Shown here: positions 9,507 to 18,492 of the stretch, piece after piece | Layout: each line of letters opens with the position of its first letter | How positions within the stretch are numbered: position 1 is the first letter of the stretch | NCBI GenBank assembly: GCA_905339405.1 | Contig: CAJPGC010000011.1 | Span: 7,588-71,587 of the forward strand | Origin: an uncultured bacterium | GTDB lineage: Bacteria; Desulfobacterota; GWC2-55-46 | Direction of reading: 5' to 3' | Length of the DNA: 64,000 nt | Made by a program: the position numbers and the translations under genes | The notes under the pieces: generated by a model | What the model saw: only the letters and a program-made list of their open reading frames with translations | Database searches by the model: none | Told to the model about the DNA's origin: nothing

Positions 9507-10259
9507 TCAGAAATCGGCCGTTAGCATGACCCCGGCCCCCTCAGGAAAAGGAGATAGCCTGAAAGCGCTCTTGTTGCCCTTGTTTTCTATGACGTCCGCG
9601 CTCAGGTAGGCGAGATACCAGCCGAGAGCAACCTGGGAAAGATAATGCTTCTCGTCGTTGACGCGCGAGAAGCCCGGCAGGACTGAAAGACCGTAGAAAA
9701 GCGACTTCATCGCAAGGCCCTCCTGGCGTTTCGCGGCCGTGATGAATGGGACCGCTCCGGTAAAGGCATGGCCTGAGAGGCCGTTGTTCCCCCTGAATGG
9801 CTTCCATCCAGAGCTGCCCTCCTCTGGCCTCGAGGCCCCTGTCGCGTACTGCAAAAAGAGCCCGGCAGGCGCGCCCACTAAAAAAGCCCTCATCGAATCC
9901 GCCGCCCAGGACTTCACTGCCCCCTCCCCTGAAAGGGCGTAAGTGCCGAAAAGCAAGGGGATTGCCACAAGAACGTCCCCGGTTACGCGGCCCACGTCCG
10001 AGAAGGAATCGGTCGCTCCGCTCCTTAAATTATCCTGAAAATACTCGTGCGCCTCGCGGTCAGCCGAGCTGTTGGCAAGGAGCCCCGCAGCCGCAACCCC
10101 CGCACCGAGCGAAACCATCACTTTGCCGTCGAGGTAAAAGGCCCTGTAGTCGTCCTTGATGATTGACAACGCGCCTTTGACCTCTTCGAGGCCCGCCGCA
10201 AAGGACAAAGAAGGGATGAATGAAAGGATAACGAATATGATCGCCGCGATTCGTGTCAT
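9507..10259 (-). CDS. PAP2 superfamily phosphatase, exported, with variant catalytic motifs
   Basis: Signal peptide; SRP, LSGH and SRVNDEKHYLSQ correspond to PAP2 motifs C1-C3; C-terminal Phe. Confidence 0.75.
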   Translation of the reverse strand: MTRIAAIIFVILSFIPSLSFAAGLEEVKGALSIIKDDYRAFYLDGKVMVSLGAGVAAAGLLANSSADREAHEYFQDNLRSGATDSFSDVGRVTGDVLVAIPLLFGTYALSGEGAVKSWAADSMRAFLVGAPAGLFLQYATGASRPEEGSSGWKPFRGNNGLSGHAFTGAVPFITAAKRQEGLAMKSLFYGLSVLPGFSRVNDEKHYLSQVALGWYLAYLSADVIENKGNKSAFRLSPFPEGAGVMLTADF

Positions 10260-10268
10260 GACCGCTAC

Positions 10269-10297
10269 AATATAAACAAAAAGGGGGCCTTGGGCAA
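10269..10297 (-). promoter_or_regulatory. Near-leaderless sigma70 promoter of the PAP2 gene
   Basis: TTGCCC-17-TATATT, 9 nt before ATG 10259, no SD; overlaps the upstream terminator. Confidence 0.4.
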
Positions 10298-10306
10298 GCC
10301 CCCTTT
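10277..10306 (-). terminator. Intrinsic terminator after the TraF/PorV-like gene
   Basis: AAAGGGGGC-TTGCCCAAG-GCCCCCTTT hairpin running into TTTTTGTTT on the minus strand. Confidence 0.6.
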
Positions 10307-10336
10307 CCGTTCATGAAATTTTAACTGTTGTACTGC

Positions 10337-11851
10337 TTAAAACAGGGCAGAAAGGGCCAGCTCAGCCCTTAGTTCCTTCGGGATGTCGTTCCCGTCTATC
10401 GTCGTGGTCCCAGACGACATGGCGGCCCCGAGGTCTAAGTTGACCGCCCAGAAGTTCAGGCCGAAACCAGCCGTGTAGACCGGGCCGATGTCGTCGTTCG
10501 AGAGGTTCTTGTATATGCCCGCGCGGAGCTGCAGGAAGTTGAAGAGGTTGCCTTCGACGCCTGCGCTCACCAGCCTCGACGTGCCAGCCCCGTCAGCGAT
10601 TGAGGTCTCGTTCTCCGTCAGGTCTATGTCTGCCGCCAGTATGAGCGAACCGAAGGGCCTGTAGGCCACTCCCGCCCTCACCTGGACCTCTTCCTCTATT
10701 GAGTCCTGGCCTCCGGGCACTAGCGGGGTCATCTCGAACGAAGGCGAGTTGACGTTCCTGGCGACCACGCCGACCCTCAGCTTGTCGCCGAACCTGTAGA
10801 GCGCTCCCAAGTCTATCCCGAAGTTGCTGCTGTCGGAATGAGTGTCCGTGGCTTCGTTGAGGGCGTCCCCGAAGTCTTTTCCGGCCACGTCGATTGACAC
10901 ATTGTAGACGCGGGCCCGCATGTACTTCACGTTGCCGCCAACTGCGAAGTCGTCGTTTATCTTCCTGCCGTAGGTAAGAGGCACCTCAGCGACCCCTACG
11001 CCGCGGAAGAGGACCTTCGATTCGTTCTGGTCTATGGTTCCGCCGTTCACTCCGGCTGCGGCGTCAAGCACTGTGGCGGCGTTCTGGACCTGCGCGACAG
11101 CCTCGGATGACGTCGGCTGGTCGGCCAGAGGCTGCGCCGCGATGCCGTTCTCCACGATGTTTATGAAATCGGTGGCGTCCCCGGCTGCCCAGCCGAGGCC
11201 AGTAAGGTAACTCTGAAGCTGGGTCCTCTCAGCGCCGCTGAAAAAGCCCGTTGTCACGCAACCGCCGCCGCAGCCGTACGTCGCCGGGTCGGTCAGCTCG
11301 GTTATGTCGAACGTAGCCGTGCCGTCAGCGGTAGGGCCGATGTTATCAAGGTCAAGATCGCCCTTGGCCGAGATGTCAGCGAACGCGTACCCAGCGAGGC
11401 CGTAGCGGCCGAACTGCGTCCTGACTCCAGAGTTCGCGGAGACCGTAAGCGCGCGGTCAGGGTTGTCGGCGAAGGTCTTGAGCTCGCTGACGCTCTCGAT
11501 GAACTCGGGCACCTGGGCTAGCCCTACCGAGCCGCCCGTGAATATGCCGAAGTCTATATTCGAAAGCACGTCTATCTGCTCACCGAGGTCTTCGTGGACC
11601 TGCGCGCCCGCGCCTGCGTCCACGACCGCGCTCCAGTTTCTACTGCCGTACTCGCCGCCAGTGCTGTCTTTGAAAAAGCCGAAAGCGGCCGGGTTCCAGT
11701 AGCTCGCGGTGGCGTCGTTGGCAACCGCTACTCCGGCGCCTCCCATTCCCAGGGCCCTGGGGCCGACTATCGTCCACTCGCGCGCCTCGGCGAAAGAGGC
11801 GGCTGCGAAAGTGGTTGAAAACAGGACCGAAGCAAGAAGAAGTCTTTTCAT
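10337..11851 (-). CDS. TraF_2/PorV-like outer-membrane beta-barrel protein
   Basis: Signal peptide MKRLLLASVLF; GPRALGMGGAGVAVANDATASYWNPA motif; alternating beta-strand C-terminal half ending in Phe. Confidence 0.75.
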   Translation of the reverse strand: MKRLLLASVLFSTTFAAASFAEAREWTIVGPRALGMGGAGVAVANDATASYWNPAAFGFFKDSTGGEYGSRNWSAVVDAGAGAQVHEDLGEQIDVLSNIDFGIFTGGSVGLAQVPEFIESVSELKTFADNPDRALTVSANSGVRTQFGRYGLAGYAFADISAKGDLDLDNIGPTADGTATFDITELTDPATYGCGGGCVTTGFFSGAERTQLQSYLTGLGWAAGDATDFINIVENGIAAQPLADQPTSSEAVAQVQNAATVLDAAAGVNGGTIDQNESKVLFRGVGVAEVPLTYGRKINDDFAVGGNVKYMRARVYNVSIDVAGKDFGDALNEATDTHSDSSNFGIDLGALYRFGDKLRVGVVARNVNSPSFEMTPLVPGGQDSIEEEVQVRAGVAYRPFGSLILAADIDLTENETSIADGAGTSRLVSAGVEGNLFNFLQLRAGIYKNLSNDDIGPVYTAGFGLNFWAVNLDLGAAMSSGTTTIDGNDIPKELRAELALSALF

Positions 11852-11985
11852 CCTTTTTATCCTCACTTGGATTTTTTTCTATGGCCCAGACTACATATCG
11901 GCAGACTGCGCCGCTCTTTAGCTTAAATTTATGCGCGATTTCCTGCATCCCAAACCGCCCCCGGGGAGAGGCGGGAGGATTTCTA

Positions 11986-12014
11986 TTGAGTATGATTTAC
12001 CAAAAAACTATACT
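11986..12014 (+). promoter_or_regulatory. Leaderless sigma70 promoter of moxR
   Basis: TTGAGT-17-TATACT, 7 nt before ATG 12022, no SD. Confidence 0.65.
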
Positions 12015-12021
12015 GTCGTAC

Positions 12022-12966
12022 ATGGAATTCAACGAGGCATACGCAAAAATAGACGCCCTGAGGACGAACCTCGAGAAGGTCATAAGGGGCAAAAGGGCGG
12101 CCATAGACCTCGCTATCTCCGCCCTGCTGGCCAGAGGCCACCTACTCATAGAGGACGTCCCTGGCGTCGGCAAGACGACCCTTGCCCACGGGCTCGCCAG
12201 GTCAGTGAACTGCTCTTTCCAGAGGATACAGTTCACCAGCGACCTGCTTCCCTCTGACGTCATCGGCGTGACCGTCTACAACCAGGCCGGACATTCCTTC
12301 GAATTCAGGCCGGGGCCGCTGTTCGCCAACATAGTCCTTGCCGACGAGATAAACAGGGCGACCCCCAAGACCCAAAGCGCGCTCCTCGAGGCCATGAACG
12401 ACAGGCAGGTCTCGGTGGACAAAGACACCCACCGGCTGCCGAAACCTTTCATGCTCCTTGCCACCCAGAACCCGCTGGAGTTCTCCGGCACCTTCCCTTT
12501 GCCCGAATCCCAGCTCGACAGGTTCACGATGTGCCTTAAGATGGGCTACCCTCATGAGCAGGACGAGCGGATGATTATCCAGTCGCTCAACTCACCGCAC
12601 GTCATGGAAACGCTATCGCCGGTCCTTACAACAGGCGAGGTGGAGTCCCTCCAGGACCTGACGGAAAAGGTCCGGGTCGACGAAGACCTGGTCGGCTATA
12701 TGATCGCCATCTCAAACGCGACCCGTAACCACAAGACTATAAGGCTCGGAGTAAGCCCCAGGGGCGCCATGACAATCTACAGGGCGGCGCAGGCCTTCGC
12801 GTTGGCCTCAGGCAGAGACTACTGCATACCGGACGACGTCAAGTACCTTTGTCCCCCGGTCTTCGCCCACAGGATAGTCGCGGCCGCCGAGTCCATCGAG
12901 CATGGAATGGAAGCCTCGAAGGCGGTCCTGGAAGATATCCTCAACAGCATAGAGGTCCCGGTATAA
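12022..12966 (+). CDS. moxR: MoxR family AAA+ ATPase
   Basis: LLIEDVPGVGKT Walker A, RIQFTSDLLPSD, VLADEINRATPKTQSALLEAM, ATQNPLE; start is M70 of the listed ORF. Confidence 0.93.
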   Translation: MEFNEAYAKIDALRTNLEKVIRGKRAAIDLAISALLARGHLLIEDVPGVGKTTLAHGLARSVNCSFQRIQFTSDLLPSDVIGVTVYNQAGHSFEFRPGPLFANIVLADEINRATPKTQSALLEAMNDRQVSVDKDTHRLPKPFMLLATQNPLEFSGTFPLPESQLDRFTMCLKMGYPHEQDERMIIQSLNSPHVMETLSPVLTTGEVESLQDLTEKVRVDEDLVGYMIAISNATRNHKTIRLGVSPRGAMTIYRAAQAFALASGRDYCIPDDVKYLCPPVFAHRIVAAAESIEHGMEASKAVLEDILNSIEVPV

Positions 12967-12970
12967 ACAT

Positions 12971-14011
12971 ATGAGTCTCAGGCCGGCAATCTCCGCGCCC
13001 CTGCCCTGGCTCACGATGCTCGCCGGAAAGCTCCTAGGCGGACGTGACTCGAAAGGCAAAAGGCGCGGCCTCCTCAAGCTCCCCAGGACGCTCAAGGCAA
13101 CAAGGGAGGGAAAGTGGTACATGGGCGTCCTCCTCGTCATCGGGGTAGCCGCCATGAACACCGGCAACAACCTCCTCTACCTCGTCGTGGCGACCCTCCT
13201 CTCACTCATCGTCATCTCCGGGATAATGTCTGAATCGACTCTACGGGGAGTACGGGCGCAAAGACGTCTTCCTCCATTGCTGTTCAAGGGCGCGCCAGCG
13301 AGAATCTCACTTAAGGTAACAAACGCAAAAAAGCTCTTCCCTTCCTATTCATTCATTGTCACGGAAATAGACGGCCCGGCTTCAGGGGCGTACGTACTGA
13401 AGCTCGGCCCAGGAAAGTCGGCGGAGGTGTCAGCCGAGTACACATTCATGAAGCGCGGGAAGCACAGGCTTTCAGGGCTCAAGATCGAAACGAGGTTCCC
13501 TTTCGGGCTTTTCACGAAAGGCAAGGAAGAGCTCGTCGAGGAAGACGCGCTCGTGCTGCCGTCAATAAGCGGCCAAAAGCTGCCTGCCTCACTCAGGCAG
13601 CCGCGCTCTGGAAGCGCGAACACGTTTTACGGCAAGGGCGGCAGCGGCGGTCTTTGGGGCCTCAGGGAATATACGCTCGCGGACGACGCGCGCCACATAC
13701 ACTGGAAGTCGGCTGCGCGCACGCGGGGGCTGCATCTCAAAGAGTTCGAGAAAGAGAGGGACGAAAAGGTCGTCGTCCTCTTCGACAACAGGGGCCCGGC
13801 AGGAGAAGAGTTCGAGCGGATGGTCGACGTTGCGGCAGCGACGGTCAACAGGTACATCGAATCGGGCCTTTCAGTGGGATTAAAGACCGCCTCCTCAGAT
13901 ATACCTCCTGCGCCTGGGCGCGTCCAGCTTTTAAGGTTGCTCAAAGAGCTGGCCCTCATAAACCCAGAGAGCGGACAAGGCAGCCCTTCTGTCAAGGTGG
14001 TGAGCCTGTGA
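12971..14011 (+). CDS. DUF58 domain protein
   Basis: N-terminal TM pair (AAMNTGNNLLYL), LREYTLADDARHIHWKSAAR, KEFE; standard partner of MoxR. Confidence 0.85.
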   Translation: MSLRPAISAPLPWLTMLAGKLLGGRDSKGKRRGLLKLPRTLKATREGKWYMGVLLVIGVAAMNTGNNLLYLVVATLLSLIVISGIMSESTLRGVRAQRRLPPLLFKGAPARISLKVTNAKKLFPSYSFIVTEIDGPASGAYVLKLGPGKSAEVSAEYTFMKRGKHRLSGLKIETRFPFGLFTKGKEELVEEDALVLPSISGQKLPASLRQPRSGSANTFYGKGGSGGLWGLREYTLADDARHIHWKSAARTRGLHLKEFEKERDEKVVVLFDNRGPAGEEFERMVDVAAATVNRYIESGLSVGLKTASSDIPPAPGRVQLLRLLKELALINPESGQGSPSVKVVSL

Positions 14012-15975
14012 CAGGACAGATATTCGCCCTCACCTCGTTCATGTCGCTCCTGGGCCTGTGGGCTTTCGGCCTTTCAGGGGCCGCCGGGCCGCTTCTTACA
14101 GGCGTCATGGCCGTCGCGTACGGCGCCGGCCTTTTCCTCAGCTTCAGAGGGAGGCTCCAGCTTCCATCCGCCGTCTGGAACGCCGCCGCCATAGTTGTTT
14201 TCCTGCTTTTCCTTGCCGACTTCCTGGCCATCTCCCGTGAGTTCATGACGTCAGCTTCAAGGCTCATGGCGCTGCTTCTGGCATTGAAGCTCTTCGACCT
14301 CAAAAAAGGCAGGGACCACCTCATCATATCTGCCCTTGTCTTTTTCCAGCTGCTGGGCGCTGCCGTATCCACCGTTAGCCTCTCCTTTTTCGTCCTGCTC
14401 GCGCTTTTTGTGATGGCATCGATATGGGTGATGATAATCCTCAGCACCGCCCGCGACCTTGAAGCCGCACGGCGGAGCGCGGCCCCGGGCCTTTTCGGCA
14501 CCCGCTTTTTAGCGGCAGTGGCGGTGATATCGGCCCTGAGCCTCGTCATCACGCTGATTTTATTCTTTTCCATACCACGGCTCGGCGTCGGCATATTCCA
14601 GAGGAAGGCGCTGAACACGGTCAAGACGACGGGCTTCACCGACACCGTAGACCTGGGCTCGCTCGGCCCTGTAAAGGAAGACTCGACGATAGTCATGCGC
14701 GCGGAGTTTCCGGGCGGCAGGCCGTCTCAGACAGTCTATTTCAAGGGCGCGACCCTCCAGGACTACGACGGCAGGAGCTGGAGCCGGGACAGGGGCCCGA
14801 GCTTCATAAAACGCGCCGGACCTGAAGGCTTCATAATAGGGCCGGGCCAGGGCCGTACAACGGAGATCGCCGTGCTCCTCGAGCCACTGGACACGGAGGT
14901 GCTCTTCACGGCCCCCAACGTCTACAGGCTCGAGGGCTCCGTGCACTCCATCTGGGTCGAACACACAGGCGTGGTAAGGCTCACCAACCTTCCCTTCTCG
15001 AGGGTCGAGTACAGGCTTTGGACAGACCTTTCGAGGGTCAACGGGGATGAGCCCGCCCCGAAAGGCGCAGCCGACGCGGGATATCTCGATTCAAGCCCCG
15101 AAGGGCAAAGGATAAGGGCGCTGGCAATTGAGGCCGCCAAAGGAGAAACAGACCTCGCGAAAGCGGCGAGCATAGAAGAACACCTGAGGACAAATTACAA
15201 ATACACGCTCTCGCCTGAAAGCGGCAAAGGCAGCGGGCCGATGGAGGACTTCCTCTTTTACTCGAAGGAGGGCTACTGCGAGCACTTCGCCACCTCGATG
15301 GTCATGCTCCTGCGGGCTTCAGGCATACACGCCAGGCTCGTCACGGGTTTTCTGGAAGGCGAATGGAACGAGCTCGGCAGCTACTTCATCGTGCGCCAGC
15401 AGGACGCGCACAGCTGGGTCGAAGCGTATATCGAAGGCGCCGGATGGGTGAGGTTCGACCCGACCCCTTCAGCCCCTGCCCCGCAATACAGCCCTTCCGT
15501 CATACTCATGTACCTGGACCTCCTGAGGCTCAAATGGAACAGGCACATAATACAGTTCTCCTTGAGCGACCAGAGAAAGATTGCCCTCACGGCTGAAAGG
15601 AAGGCGGCCGGTTTCCTGGATGAGATAAAAAAATCGTTCAGGACGAAACAGTTGCCTCAATTCGGGAAGGCCGCTCCGGTTGTGGCCGCGCTGGTCTCTG
15701 TCATCCTCGCGGCATGGTTTTTTAAGAGACGCGGCCGCAAGGGAGCGCGGCGCACTGGAAAAGGTTTCTATTTCGATATGCTAAAAACGCTGTCTGCAAA
15801 AGGGTTCGTGAGGAGGCCCGGAGAGACCCCGCTCGAGTTCGCGGAAAGGGTGGGCGACCGGCGGGTCTTTGAGGTGACTGAGGCGTTCCAGAAGGAAAGA
15901 TACGGCCAGGTGAAGGCCCGGGGCGCGGAGCTCGAAAAGATAAGAAAAATCCTCAGGGAGTTGAGGAAGGGGTAG
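14008..15975 (+). CDS. tgpA: TgpA-like membrane transglutaminase (DUF3488-TGase-DUF4129)
   Basis: GTG start overlapping the DUF58 stop; multi-TM N-terminus; GYCEHFA, DAHSWVE, WVRFDPT catalytic triad; ETPLEFA. Confidence 0.88.
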   Translation: MTGQIFALTSFMSLLGLWAFGLSGAAGPLLTGVMAVAYGAGLFLSFRGRLQLPSAVWNAAAIVVFLLFLADFLAISREFMTSASRLMALLLALKLFDLKKGRDHLIISALVFFQLLGAAVSTVSLSFFVLLALFVMASIWVMIILSTARDLEAARRSAAPGLFGTRFLAAVAVISALSLVITLILFFSIPRLGVGIFQRKALNTVKTTGFTDTVDLGSLGPVKEDSTIVMRAEFPGGRPSQTVYFKGATLQDYDGRSWSRDRGPSFIKRAGPEGFIIGPGQGRTTEIAVLLEPLDTEVLFTAPNVYRLEGSVHSIWVEHTGVVRLTNLPFSRVEYRLWTDLSRVNGDEPAPKGAADAGYLDSSPEGQRIRALAIEAAKGETDLAKAASIEEHLRTNYKYTLSPESGKGSGPMEDFLFYSKEGYCEHFATSMVMLLRASGIHARLVTGFLEGEWNELGSYFIVRQQDAHSWVEAYIEGAGWVRFDPTPSAPAPQYSPSVILMYLDLLRLKWNRHIIQFSLSDQRKIALTAERKAAGFLDEIKKSFRTKQLPQFGKAAPVVAALVSVILAAWFFKRRGRKGARRTGKGFYFDMLKTLSAKGFVRRPGETPLEFAERVGDRRVFEVTEAFQKERYGQVKARGAELEKIRKILRELRKG

Positions 15976-16390
15976 AACCCTTTTCCTTTTCATGGGCGGC
16001 TTTCGAGCGATGGAACGCCTGGAGCGAGGCGGCTACGGCCTCGAGGAGCTTTTTCATCTCAATGGGTTTGGCGACGTAGCCGTCAAAGCCCTGGCGGAGG
16101 ATCTTGTCTTCTTCGCCCCTCATGGCCGAGGCGGTAAGGGCCAGCACGGGGATGAACCTGTTCCGCTCGTCGGACTTTATTATCCTCGTCGCCGTTATGC
16201 CGTCCATCCCGGGCAGGTGCAGGTCCATCAGTATGATGTCTGGCCGCTCAGAGGCCAGGGTAGTTATCGCGTCGGTGCCGCTCCCGGCCTCGATGGTCTC
16301 GTACCCGTTCATGGTAAGTATTTCCTTTACGAGGACCATGTTCATATGGTTGTCCTCGACAAGGAGCACCTTTTTCCCGCTTCCCTGCAT
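15953..16390 (-). CDS. Single-domain response regulator (CheY/DivK-like)
   Basis: VLLVEDN, IILMDLHLPGMDG, ALTA, KPI; canonical phospho-Asp; 3' end overlaps tgpA convergently. Confidence 0.9.
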   Translation of the reverse strand: MQGSGKKVLLVEDNHMNMVLVKEILTMNGYETIEAGSGTDAITTLASERPDIILMDLHLPGMDGITATRIIKSDERNRFIPVLALTASAMRGEEDKILRQGFDGYVAKPIEMKKLLEAVAASLQAFHRSKAAHEKEKGSTPSSTP

Positions 16391-16443
16391 GCCTTAAGCC
16401 TCCTCGTTTCGCTCCGGGCCTGACAGCCCGGGGCCACGGCGTA

Positions 16444-18492
16444 TCATTGGACCGGCCCGTCCTTTATCTGGAGCTTGTGGAGAACGCTCAACAGCATCTC
16501 CCTGTTCACCGGCTTTTCCATGTACTCGGCCGCCCCGAGCCTCAACCCCAGTTCCCTGTCGTCGACCGCTGATATTATGACGACCGGGATATCGGCCGTA
16601 TCGGGGTTGGCCTTCAGTTCCTTCAGCACCTCCCAGCCGTCCTTCATGGGCAGCGTAATGCCCATTATTACGACAAACGGCTTCTGGTCCTGCGCCTTGC
16701 GCAGGAGGTCCAGACCGTCGGAAGCGGTGAAGACCTCGAACTCGCCTCCTGCCAGGTATATCTCCAGCAGGTGGTTTATGTCCTGCCCCTCGCTGCCTAC
16801 CAGCACGAGAGGGCGCGCCAGTGCGTCGGTAGAAAGCGGCCTCGTCGTCATGACGGGCACGTCTATCTCGTCGGTGCCCTGCGGGAGCTTCACGCTGAAC
16901 GTCGAGCCGCGGCCTGGCTCGCTGTCGACCCATATCAGGCCGTTGTGCAGCTCGACGAGCCGCTTCGTGAGAACGAGCCCGAGCCCGGTGCCGCCGTACT
17001 CCCTCGTAATGGACGAGTCTATCTGCTCGAACTCCTTGAAGAGCCTTCCCTTGTCCTCGCCCTTTATGCCTATCCCTGTGTCGCTTATGCGGAAGACGAT
17101 GAACCGCTCGACGCTCATGCCCGAGGGCTCCTCCATCGTCTCCCAGTCGACCCTTATAGTCCCGCCGCTTACGTTGAACTTCACGGCGTTGGAAAGGAGG
17201 TTCAACATTATCTGCTTGAACTTGGCCTTGTCCGCCTTGAGCTTGGGAGAGGCGGGCACGGACTTGGATTCGATTACTATGTTCTTTTCGTGTGCAAGCG
17301 GCTTTATTATGCCGAGGAGCTCGCCGAGGACCTCCATGACGGAGAAGTCTTCTTTTACTATCTCCATCCTTCCGGCCTCTATCTTCGAGAGGTCGAGGAT
17401 GTTGTTTATGAGCTGCAGGAGATGGCTGCCGCTACTGTGCACGTACTCGACGTACTGCATCTGGCGTTCGTTCAACGCGCCGAAGGCCTTCTCCTGAAGC
17501 AGCTCGGAGAAGCCTATTATCGAGTTCAAGGGCGTCCTAAGTTCATGGCTCACGTTGGCCAGGAACTGGCTCTTCATGCGGTTCGCCTCCTGCAATTCCA
17601 TGTTGGCGAACTCGAGCTCTATCTTGTTCTTCGACAGCTCGGCGTTGGCGTGCCTCAACGCCTCGGTCCTCTGGGAGACCTTCTTCTCCAGAGTGTTGTA
17701 ATAATTCTCCAGGCTCTCGGCCATCCGGTTGAACTCGGCTGCGAGGTTTCCTATCTCGTCCTCGGCGGTTATGGGAACGCGCTGCCTGAGGTCGCCCTGG
17801 GCTATCTTCTTGGCGGACTCCTCGATGGCCAGAATGGGTTTGACGAGCGAGCGCGTAAGCGTGAGCCACAACCCGCCTGCGACTATTATCGCCACCAGCG
17901 TGAACGCGAAGGTCACTATTATGATGAGCTTCGCGAAAAAGTCGCTTTCCTGATAAGCCGTGTAGGCGGTGTCGCGCTCTTCCTTGAGGAGTTTTTTCAG
18001 CGAGTTGACGGAGTCGGTGAAGCTCTTGTTGCCCTCCATCCTGATGATGCTCAGGGCCGCGTCCCTCTCCCCGAGCCTCGAGATCTCCTCGACCCGCTCG
18101 TGTATGGACCAGTAGCGGTCGAGGTTGGCCAGGAGCTCGTCGTACATCCGCTCATGTCCGCTCGCCACGCCCATCACCTTGTACTCGCCGAGGAGCTTTA
18201 TTATCTTGTTCCTGTGCTCGTCTATCGACCCCTCGAGGTACGACTTCGAGGAAGGGTCGCTTATGATGGTGTGGAGGAACATCTCCTGGCGGGCCGACAG
18301 GAACTCGTTCTCGACCGAGGAGAGCGTCTCTCCCCTTTTGAACGAATCGATGTAAAGACGCTTGGTGACGTTGGCGAGCTGTCCGGCGTTGTACAGGCCC
18401 ACGAGGCCTCCGACCCCCATCATGAAAAGGAGGAACAGGAAGACGACCGCGAGCTTGTTCGATATGCTGAGGCTGTAGAATATCTTCTTCAT
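16444..18492 (-). CDS. Hybrid sensor histidine kinase (four-helix periplasmic sensor, HAMP, HisKA, HATPase_c, degenerate receiver)
   Basis: SHELRTPLNSIIGF H-box, NLLSNAVKF, DTGIG, GTGLGL; receiver has VVIMGITLP where D is expected. Confidence 0.92.
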   Translation of the reverse strand: MKKIFYSLSISNKLAVVFLFLLFMMGVGGLVGLYNAGQLANVTKRLYIDSFKRGETLSSVENEFLSARQEMFLHTIISDPSSKSYLEGSIDEHRNKIIKLLGEYKVMGVASGHERMYDELLANLDRYWSIHERVEEISRLGERDAALSIIRMEGNKSFTDSVNSLKKLLKEERDTAYTAYQESDFFAKLIIIVTFAFTLVAIIVAGGLWLTLTRSLVKPILAIEESAKKIAQGDLRQRVPITAEDEIGNLAAEFNRMAESLENYYNTLEKKVSQRTEALRHANAELSKNKIELEFANMELQEANRMKSQFLANVSHELRTPLNSIIGFSELLQEKAFGALNERQMQYVEYVHSSGSHLLQLINNILDLSKIEAGRMEIVKEDFSVMEVLGELLGIIKPLAHEKNIVIESKSVPASPKLKADKAKFKQIMLNLLSNAVKFNVSGGTIRVDWETMEEPSGMSVERFIVFRISDTGIGIKGEDKGRLFKEFEQIDSSITREYGGTGLGLVLTKRLVELHNGLIWVDSEPGRGSTFSVKLPQGTDEIDVPVMTTRPLSTDALARPLVLVGSEGQDINHLLEIYLAGGEFEVFTASDGLDLLRKAQDQKPFVVIMGITLPMKDGWEVLKELKANPDTADIPVVIISAVDDRELGLRLGAAEYMEKPVNREMLLSVLHKLQIKDGPVQ

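Noticed and set aside
10337-11851. Conjugative element implied by the TraF-family hit
   Set aside because: No relaxase, T4SS, coupling protein or att sites in the window
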